The notes beneath the pieces were generated by a model. The model worked only from the letters and a program-made list of their open reading frames with translations, was not told the DNA's origin and did not search any database. A stretch of 41,546 nucleotides of DNA from a virus. This document shows positions 26,268 to 32,158 of the stretch, one piece after another (within the stretch, counting starts at the first letter, position 1; each line of letters starts with the position of its first letter). The stretch covers positions 1-41,546 of the IMG/VR virus record IMGVR_UViG_3300035684_000007; one strand, written 5' to 3'. A program made the translations under genes and the position numbers.

Positions 26268-26563
26268 CCTGAAACGACTGCTAGAGAGGTCTGTGTGTCA
26301 AAGGCCACACAGATTCCAATCAAGTTCGTCTCCACCGTGTAACGCCAGGATCCATCCTTGAAGTCCGGCATGTTCTTGATGTGAGCTGAGGACGATTTCA
26401 AAACGTTCAGCGCATCCACGGTCGTGAGATCATCCTTCGCTAGTTCCTTTCTCGCGTGCTTACTGAAGCGGACGTTTGAAGGGTAGCGACTCATGATCTC
26501 GGTGACAAGCTTCCTTGCTTGCGTCTTATCTAGACGAGTTGATCTATAGTCAAATGTTGACAT
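26255..26563 (-). CDS. DUF4258-like toxin (RelE/BrnT-superfamily-like)
   Basis: The 102-aa ORF shows VRFSKHARKELAKDDLTTVDALNVLKSS...GSWRYTVETN...VVSGWRK, the DUF4258 layout. It sits upstream of and overlaps the antitoxin gene. Confidence 0.6.
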   Translation of the reverse strand: MSTFDYRSTRLDKTQARKLVTEIMSRYPSNVRFSKHARKELAKDDLTTVDALNVLKSSSAHIKNMPDFKDGSWRYTVETNLIGICVAFDTQTSLAVVSGWRK

Positions 26564-26697
26564 AATATCAAGTTCCTACAAGTCGAAAATTCAGGGTGAG
26601 GGAAGCGAGCCACCGGCATAGCACGAAATCGGCTTGGAGGTTTTCTGTTGTCTGGAAATCGTTGGGATTTTCAGCGCGGCAAATGCGGCCGAATCAT

Positions 26698-27204
26698 CTA
26701 CCCGCGGTTTCCCTGTCCGGCCGCGCCGGCCGCGGGATCCACCGCAAAAGTCTTGAGCACCGCCGCAACGGTGCGAAGCTTGTCCTCAGGGATCCGGGCG
26801 ACCAGGTCGAGGACCTCTCGGCGGGCCGGGGTGAGTGCGGGAGAGGAAGCGGGCTGGACGTAGTGGCGCCCCTCGAGTTCTTGGTCGGGGCCGAAGAGGC
26901 TTGGATCCCCAGGCTTTCTGAGCCTTTTGATTTCGGCCAAGATATCGGCGAGCGTGGGTTCCGGCTTCGTGATTGGGACAGGCGGAGCGGCGTCCGGGCG
27001 AATTAAATCCCAGGGGTCTCGTTCCAGTACCAGCGCAATTCGGTCGAGCGTGGATAACGAGATGTCGCCGGTCGCATCCTCGGCGATGATTCGGTAGATC
27101 GCTTGAGGCTTCATGCCGACTTTGCTGGCAAGTTCGGCAAGTGCTCCTCGCACATCTCGCATGGCGCGGAGCTTATTCCTCAAAACATCCGCCGACTTGA
27201 TCAT
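26698..27204 (-). CDS. CI-like prophage repressor (HTH, no recognisable S24 peptidase domain)
   Basis: It has the N-terminal HTH ELASKVGMKPQAIYRIIAED..GDISLSTLDRIALVL. It is divergent from a Cro-like gene across a 59-bp palindrome-rich spacer. Confidence 0.65.
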   Translation of the reverse strand: MIKSADVLRNKLRAMRDVRGALAELASKVGMKPQAIYRIIAEDATGDISLSTLDRIALVLERDPWDLIRPDAAPPVPITKPEPTLADILAEIKRLRKPGDPSLFGPDQELEGRHYVQPASSPALTPARREVLDLVARIPEDKLRTVAAVLKTFAVDPAAGAAGQGNRG

Positions 27205-27255
27205 TGTAACACACCGGTTGTTTTGAGGTTGCAGTATGACAACCTAAATGTTACA
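27205..27255. promoter_or_regulatory. Operator region of the lysis-lysogeny switch
   Basis: Two inverted copies of TGTAACA-N4-GGTTG lie at 27205-27220 and 27240-27255. An inner inverted repeat AGGTTG(27226-27231)/CAACCT(27240-27245) is also present. Both flanking ATGs lack a clear SD. Confidence 0.55.
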
Positions 27256-27263
27256 TCAGCGCC

Positions 27264-27473
27264 ATGAGCATCACCGAGATAAAGGCCGGAATGCGGCGTC
27301 TTAAACTCAGCGAAAGACACATTGCCTCCAAGGCGGGGATCGACCGCCGTACGGTAATGCGATTTCTTGAGACCGGTCAGACTCGAAGTATTGCCACCGA
27401 AGAGGCCATTTTTAAGGCCTACCGTGAATTGGTTCGAGAACGCTCAGTTACCAAGGAACCCGTAGCGGTTTAA
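27264..27473 (+). CDS. Cro-like HTH regulator
   Basis: The 69-aa ORF has the HTH LSERHIASKAGIDRRTVMRFLETG and is the first gene of the rightward operon. Confidence 0.6.
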   Translation: MSITEIKAGMRRLKLSERHIASKAGIDRRTVMRFLETGQTRSIATEEAIFKAYRELVRERSVTKEPVAV

Positions 27474-27510
27474 ATCTCAGTCTGAGGTCAATTAGCACTG
27501 GTCGTCAATA

Positions 27511-27549
27511 CCGGCAAGCGCTGGTGGGGATTTGTTTGTCCCGAAAGGA
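27511..27549 (+). repeat. Hairpin-containing repeat, copy 1 (upstream of the nuclease gene)
   Basis: ccggcaagcgctggtggggatttgtttgtcc matches 28030-28060 at 27 of 31 positions. A stem with an AAGC tetraloop is followed by GGGGATTTGTTTGTCC. Confidence 0.75.
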
Positions 27550-27554
27550 ATCAT

Positions 27555-28025
27555 ATGGGTACGACAAAAGACATCGGAAACTGGGGTGAACAAGTCGCTA
27601 GAGAGCACCTCGAGGCTCTTGGTTATAGAGTACTTTGGCAGGCGCGATCTGGGGGCCCTGACCTTGTCTGTGAAAAGGATGGTCAGGTTATCGCGGCCGA
27701 AGTGAAGACGGCTCGGGATGCGGGGCAATGTTGGAAGACCGCACCTGTGCATCCACTGCGGCGGCTTGACGATATGGTCGCTATCGTAATGCCGAATCGT
27801 AAGGTGCATGTGTGCAGCATGGCTGAGCATTTGGCGGCTGCTGATAGATCGACGAGGCGTTCTGTAAGCCAACTCGTCAGAGAGTATTGCCCAGAGGCAT
27901 TCACCCAAGCCGGTCTCAGAGAAAGTCGCAACCTTCGTGCACGAAGACGTGCCGGGGCGGACGGAAAGTATGCGCGAGAAGAGATCGTCCAGATCCTTCG
28001 TGAGCGCGGAGAACGTATCGCCTAA
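27555..28025 (+). CDS. PD-(D/E)xK nuclease (YraN/Hjc-like)
   Basis: GNWGEQVAREHLEALGYRVLW....GGPDLVCEKDGQVIAAEVKT contains the GE...D...E-x-K core typical of YraN/UPF0102 and archaeal Hjc-type nucleases. Confidence 0.6.
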   Translation: MGTTKDIGNWGEQVAREHLEALGYRVLWQARSGGPDLVCEKDGQVIAAEVKTARDAGQCWKTAPVHPLRRLDDMVAIVMPNRKVHVCSMAEHLAAADRSTRRSVSQLVREYCPEAFTQAGLRESRNLRARRRAGADGKYAREEIVQILRERGERIA

Positions 28026-28029
28026 CCTG

Positions 28030-28068
28030 CCCGCAAGCGCGGGCGGGGATTGGTTTGTCCTGAGGAGG
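28030..28068 (+). repeat. Hairpin-containing repeat, copy 2 (downstream of the nuclease gene)
   Basis: cccgcaagcgcgggcggggattggtttgtcc has an 8-bp stem (ctgcccgc/gcgggcgg) with an AAGC loop. Two stem positions differ from copy 1 in a pairing-preserving way. Confidence 0.75.
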
Positions 28069-28075
28069 GGCGGGC

Positions 28076-28213
28076 ATGAGCGCAGAGAGCGTCTGGTTTG
28101 GAGCAATTCCGTTCGCAGCACTTGCACTCAGCCTTTCCAAGGCCTGCTGGGCTTGGCGCCTTCGCCGGCCGGATCTAACCGAAAGCTTCGAGCGTGCAGA
28201 GAGAGACTTCTGA
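28076..28213 (+). CDS. Small single-TM protein (45 aa), not in the ORF track
   Basis: A GAGGAGGGG ribosome-binding site lies 6 nt upstream of the ATG. My own translation gives MSAESVWFGAIPFAALALSLSKACWAWRLRRPDLTESFERAERDF. Confidence 0.35.
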   Translation: MSAESVWFGAIPFAALALSLSKACWAWRLRRPDLTESFERAERDF

Positions 28214-28259
28214 AGCAATAGTACCGGACATTTAACGAAGTACCTGAAGGAGAAATTAA

Positions 28260-28490
28260 ATGGAGCCGACAATAAGCCCAGGAATTCAAATGGACAACAC
28301 TTACCAGGCCATCAGCCTTCTGTTGAAGAAGCGGGTGACGCTCGACGAGGTTAATGGACAGTGGCGCTTCTCCTGGACGGACGTCATTCCAGGCCTGGAT
28401 CCAGCCGAGACCTACCCGAGTTTCGAAGCAGCGGTACAGAGGCTTGCCGAGGTTCTCGGACAGCAGCGTGAGTGGCGGAAGGCCGCATAA
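28260..28490 (+). CDS. Hypothetical protein
   Basis: The 76-aa ORF has a GAAGGAGA ribosome-binding site. No family was recognised. Confidence 0.5.
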   Translation: MEPTISPGIQMDNTYQAISLLLKKRVTLDEVNGQWRFSWTDVIPGLDPAETYPSFEAAVQRLAEVLGQQREWRKAA

Positions 28491-28696
28491 ATCAGAGTAA
28501 GTCCGTGCATGTGATGACAGTTACCTTGCGCGGAAACGGGGCGGATGGTGGGTATATTCGAATGGCAGCGCCTTCGAGTGGCCCGGAAGCAGCTCACCAT
28601 CCGGTCTCGATCAACCGAAGGAGGCACCATGGAGCAGAAGCCTAGCATCGGACAGAGGGTTCACTACCAGAGATTTGGAACCTCTGGAGGCGAGCA

Positions 28697-28966
28697 ATGA
28701 GACTTCAAGCTGAAGTGAATCTTGACCCAGGGAGGGCTCAAGTGGAGACCGCGAAAGGCACGGTTCAGAAGTTACTCTATACGACGGAGGAGATCTCGGA
28801 GGCTACCGGAGTACCAGTTGAAACTTATGTCTGGTGGCGGCAGATAAACGAAGGTCCACCCTACGTGAAGCTGGGTCGAAACGTCCGTTATTCGCTCAAG
28901 GCGGTCATGCAGTACATCGAGCGCAAGACGCATGATCCTGCGCGAGGTATGAGAAGGAAAAAATGA
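28697..28966 (+). CDS. xis: Excisionase / AlpA-MerR-type HTH DNA-binding protein
   Basis: It shows LLYTTEEISEATGVPVETYVWWRQINEGPPYVKLGRNVRYSLKAVMQYIE, the excisionase-family HTH layout. Its stop overlaps the integrase start. Confidence 0.6.
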   Translation: MRLQAEVNLDPGRAQVETAKGTVQKLLYTTEEISEATGVPVETYVWWRQINEGPPYVKLGRNVRYSLKAVMQYIERKTHDPARGMRRKK

Positions 28967-30192
28967 ACTCTAAGAAGAGAAGGCGCTCCTCGAGGCGGCA
29001 AAGTGAGAACCGCTCCAAGGATTACATCCACCTCTTCAAGTATCCGAAGCGTTCGCGCTTCTGGGTTTATCGCCGCTTCTCTGGGGAGAAGGGCGAGGAG
29101 TTCTACTATTCCACTGGCGAGGAAACAAGCGAGAGGCTTGCTGACGACATCGGAGGCAAGGCCTACCATGAGTGGCTGGGCTTGGAGGCTAAGCCTGAGG
29201 CGGGCGATGGGACTGAGGTAGGAATTCCGACCTTCGGGCCGTTTGCTCAGGCTTACTACAACGATAAGGAAAAGCGGCCGGAACACGACTTCTCGCGGAA
29301 ATCAAAACTCAATTCCAGACGAGCAACGGAGCAACTGATTGAGGCCTTCGGTCACCTCACGATCGACCAGGTCACCGCTGAACGAGTAAAGAGCTGGTGC
29401 AACGAGCGCTTTGCCGAAAAGCCTCAGAAGTTCTTCAACCGGCTCAAAGAGCTTCGCGAGATCTTAGGTGCTGCTCACAGGGCAGGGCATATCCGCGTGT
29501 TGCCGAAGATAGCGAATCCTGACAAGCCTGCCGAGGAAGGGCAATGGTTTGAGGATGAGATTGTCGAACGGCTGCTTGTAGTGGCGAGTCCCACGCTAAA
29601 TCTGCTGATCGATACCATGTGGCGGCAGGGTCCCCGTCCGGCTGAGGCCCTTCAATACCGCTTTTCCATGATCCGCTGGGATGAGGGAGCGCACGGACAG
29701 ATCCATATCCCCGGAGAGATCACGAAGACCCGCAGGGGCCGAGTTATCCCACTCAACTCCGTGATTAGTGCGAGGTGGCAAGCGATCCAGGATCACTCGG
29801 AGTGCGACTGGATTTTCGAGTCACCGAACTTCCCAGGAGAGCGGGTGACGTCCTACCGGGATAGCTGGGAGCGGACCCGGGACCGGGCTATTTCGATCCT
29901 CCGGGCCGAAGTGGATATCCTTAGGGCCTACGGTCGCGGCCTGGTCGAGCAAGGGCTTATGGACGCCGAGACGCGCGCGAATGCGCGCAAGCGTGAGTCA
30001 AAGCTTTCTTCCTTCATCCGGAAGCTTGAGAACGGGGTCCTCTATGACCTCCGTGCCACTTTTGTGACGAACAAAGCCAAGAAGGGCGACCCTATTCTGA
30101 TGGTCGCGAAGTACATCGATTCGTCGATCAAAATGATCGAGCCTTTCTATGCCAAGGTTGAAGCTCACATGCTGGAGGACATCGCCGAATGA
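28963..30192 (+). CDS. int: Tyrosine integrase
   Basis: The 409-aa ORF has box I (RPAEALQYRFSMI), a later LYDLRATFVTN and a C-terminal KYIDSSIKMIEPFYAK with the presumed catalytic Tyr. It is adjacent to attP. Confidence 0.85.
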   Translation: MNSKKRRRSSRRQSENRSKDYIHLFKYPKRSRFWVYRRFSGEKGEEFYYSTGEETSERLADDIGGKAYHEWLGLEAKPEAGDGTEVGIPTFGPFAQAYYNDKEKRPEHDFSRKSKLNSRRATEQLIEAFGHLTIDQVTAERVKSWCNERFAEKPQKFFNRLKELREILGAAHRAGHIRVLPKIANPDKPAEEGQWFEDEIVERLLVVASPTLNLLIDTMWRQGPRPAEALQYRFSMIRWDEGAHGQIHIPGEITKTRRGRVIPLNSVISARWQAIQDHSECDWIFESPNFPGERVTSYRDSWERTRDRAISILRAEVDILRAYGRGLVEQGLMDAETRANARKRESKLSSFIRKLENGVLYDLRATFVTNKAKKGDPILMVAKYIDSSIKMIEPFYAKVEAHMLEDIAE

Positions 30193-30199
30193 ATTCTTC

Positions 30200-30221
30200 A
30201 CCGTGCACTCACCGTGTAAGT
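30200..30221 (+). repeat. attP arm-type site, left (ACCGTGcactcACCGTGtaagt)
   Basis: This 22-mer repeats at 30431-30452 with one mismatch. Each copy holds two ACCGTG hexamers 11 bp apart. Confidence 0.7.
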
Positions 30222-30264
30222 CAAATTTTCGGCGACCCGTTTCAGAAGAACGAGCGACTGCGCA

Positions 30265-30314
30265 TCCGCCTTCTAAGCGGACGGTCGGGGGTTCGAATCC
30301 CTCCGAGGTCGCCA
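30265..30314 (+). other. attP core: 3-prime portion of a tRNA-Arg(UCU)-like gene (anticodon arm to CCA), not a complete tRNA
   Basis: The fragment reads tccgc-cttctaa-gcgga (anticodon TCT at 30272-30274), variable loop cggtc, T-arm ggggg-ttcgaat-ccctc, acceptor 3-prime strand cgaggtc, then g and cca. No matching 5-prime acceptor or D-arm lies upstream. Confidence 0.7.
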
Positions 30315-30388
30315 CTTCAAAACAGCGGAAAAACCGCATTTTCCTCGCAAATACTGCAGAAAAGTAGCGCGCATCACATTACTGCATC

Positions 30389-30418
30389 ATGTGGTGAGAT
30401 GTGGTCAGATGTGGGGGC
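30389..30418 (+). repeat. Three tandem 10-bp repeats ATGTGGTGAG / ATGTGGTCAG / ATGTGGGGGC inside attP
   Basis: Read directly from the sequence. The helical-turn periodicity suggests phased binding sites for an accessory protein (Xis/IHF-like). Confidence 0.6.
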
Positions 30419-30430
30419 AAAAGGGGGCCT

Positions 30431-30452
30431 ACCGTGCACTTACCGTGTAAGT
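30431..30452 (+). repeat. attP arm-type site, right (ACCGTGcacttACCGTGtaagt)
   Basis: This is a direct repeat of 30200-30221 on the other side of the tRNA-like core. Confidence 0.7.
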
Positions 30453-30583
30453 GCCGATGGTCTCGGGGGGTTGACTGATCGTCTCGGTCATTGCTTTCCG
30501 AGGCTCGAATTCACGCTTTTGCGGCGCGTTCAACATGCTGACAGCTCGCCTGGTGGCCGTCAAATCTTTCCAGGGGGTGAGGT

Positions 30584-31165
30584 ATGAGGGCCGAAGCCTT
30601 CCCACTTTCCTGGCCAGCCGGGTTCCCTCGCGCCAAAAATCGAACGCTGTCCATGTTCAAGCGGCAGACGTTCGCACAAGCCCGAGACGCACTCCTTGCC
30701 GAGGTCCGTCGACTTGGTGCATCGCAGTTGGTTCTCTCAACGAACGCACCCTTGAACCGTGATGGCCTGCCTCGGGGAGACCTAGGGCGGCTCAAAGATC
30801 CAGGCGTCGCCCTGTACTTCACTTGGAGAGGGGCGCCCAGGGTGTTGGCCTGCGACCAGTACGTTCGGATTGAGGACAACATGCGTGCGCTCGAGCTGTC
30901 AATCGATGCCATGCGGGGGCTGGAGCGATGGGGGGCAAGCGATATGCTCAATCGGGCATTCACAGGGTTCACCGCCCTGCCAGCTCCCGAGCAGTGGTGG
31001 GACGTGCTCGACGTCCGGCCGGACTGCTCTCTCGAGGTGGCAGAGATGAACTATAGGGCCAGGATCGTAGGTGCCCACCCAGATCTTGGTGGATCACATG
31101 ACCTCGCGTCCAAGCTCAATTGGGCAATCGCAGAGGCGAGACGCGCGAAGGGAAGAGCTGCATGA
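30584..31165 (+). CDS. J-domain (DnaJ-like) protein with N-terminal phage-specific domain
   Basis: The C-terminal WWDVLDV...EMNYRARIVGAHPDLGGSHD is a J-domain with the HPD motif. The N-terminal LSWPAGFPR...STNAPLNRDGLPR...DPGVALYF...ACDQY matches a recurrent prophage family. Confidence 0.75.
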   Translation: MRAEAFPLSWPAGFPRAKNRTLSMFKRQTFAQARDALLAEVRRLGASQLVLSTNAPLNRDGLPRGDLGRLKDPGVALYFTWRGAPRVLACDQYVRIEDNMRALELSIDAMRGLERWGASDMLNRAFTGFTALPAPEQWWDVLDVRPDCSLEVAEMNYRARIVGAHPDLGGSHDLASKLNWAIAEARRAKGRAA

Positions 31166-31338
31166 GCGCGCCGAAAAACACAAAGCCGCCCTGACGTTGT
31201 GTGGCGCTCGGGAAAGTGAGCTGACGTCAGGACGGCTGAAAGCAACATCGCATGGATGCAAAAAATCAGGAAGTGCCAATTGAGGAGCGTCTCCCGGTGT
31301 GGGGTGGAGGCGATCCATGGAAAAGGGGAAGTGGCAAC

Positions 31339-32121
31339 ATGGCTGACAAACTCAGCAAGCAGGTCTGGATCAAGGTGACAAACTGGAGGCAGTACAATCC
31401 CAGGACGGATGTTGAGAAAACGAGGTGGTTTCGAATGGAAAACACCCTCCTCGAGAGCGCAAAATTTGCCTCATTTTCGCTCGCAGAAATCGTCACAACC
31501 ATCTTTATTTTCTCACAATGCTCACAGGCAAATTCTGAAACTGTCCTCGTGAACTTGGAGGTGCTTCGGACGAAACGAGGCATTTCCATCAAACAAGCTT
31601 GGGGTGCGATTCACAAGCTTGCTCACAAAATGATGAATGTTATCGAGCTTGTGGATGATCCGTTCAAGGCGGGTGACGGTGAATCGGCGTTACGTGGACA
31701 ACACGCGGGACGTGACGCCAGTGAAGCATCCGACGATCGTGAGGCGTCGCATCGGCGTACCCCTACGTTACGTAACGATACGGAACGAGACGATACGAAA
31801 CAGAAAGACAAGAAAGTAAAGCCAGTAGTCGTGGTCCCCTCCGACAAGCATGTGCTGGTTAATAAGAGCGGGAAAGCAAGTCTTGGGGATAACTCCACAA
31901 GCGATGTGGATAACTTCCATGCCCAGCTGGATAAACCCATAGATCACACAGATCCTCCCGATGTCCTTGTGGATAACTCCGCTCAGGTCGGCGCGGATCC
32001 GCCTCCTGGGCCTATTACGCAGGAAGAAGCTCTAGCTCAGGAGCGACTGATCAAGAAGCGTCGCGACCTCGGGCTCAACGATGACGGCACCGAGAAGTGC
32101 ACTTTCCTGAGGATCGTATGA
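31339..32121 (+). CDS. Putative replication initiator / replisome-organiser-like protein
   Basis: I start it at the ATG at 31339, which has an AGGGGAAG ribosome-binding site. It has a winged-helix-like N-terminus (WIKVTNWRQYNP....WFRMENTLLES.KF), a charged low-complexity linker containing DNA repeats, and a C-terminal domain. The functional call is weak. Confidence 0.4.
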   Translation: MADKLSKQVWIKVTNWRQYNPRTDVEKTRWFRMENTLLESAKFASFSLAEIVTTIFIFSQCSQANSETVLVNLEVLRTKRGISIKQAWGAIHKLAHKMMNVIELVDDPFKAGDGESALRGQHAGRDASEASDDREASHRRTPTLRNDTERDDTKQKDKKVKPVVVVPSDKHVLVNKSGKASLGDNSTSDVDNFHAQLDKPIDHTDPPDVLVDNSAQVGADPPPGPITQEEALAQERLIKKRRDLGLNDDGTEKCTFLRIV

Positions 32122-32158
32122 TTTCCCCGCACCAGAAAAACGAAAGGATCAACCGGCT

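Noticed and set aside
27492-28127. 211-aa minus-strand ORF whose ends both contain N-x-SPPALAG
   Set aside because: The repeated peptide is simply the reverse translation of the two hairpin repeats. The plus-strand ORF carries a clear PD-(D/E)xK nuclease core, whereas the minus-strand product is R/S/L/P/T-rich.
28629-28700. 23-aa ORF (MEQKPSIGQRVHYQRFGTSGGEQ) with a GGAGG ribosome-binding site and ATGA coupling to xis
   Set aside because: It is too short to support as a gene from sequence alone. It could be a leader peptide for xis/int regulation, but that is speculative.
30231-30314. Possible complete 84-nt tRNA using the perfect 7-bp complement GGCGACC (30231-30237) / GGTCGCC (30307-30313) as acceptor stem
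   Set aside because: With that acceptor the T-arm would need a 7-bp stem and 8-nt loop, and no D-arm can be drawn. The canonical fold instead uses cgaggtc-g-cca as the 3-prime end, with no 5-prime partner. I interpret it as a partial tRNA (attP core). The 7-bp complement may be an Int core-site inverted repeat or chance.
30189-30587. 132-aa plus-strand ORF directly after int
   Set aside because: It runs through the tRNA-like core, the arm repeats and the 10-mer repeats of attP. It has no ribosome-binding site and its translation is not protein-like.
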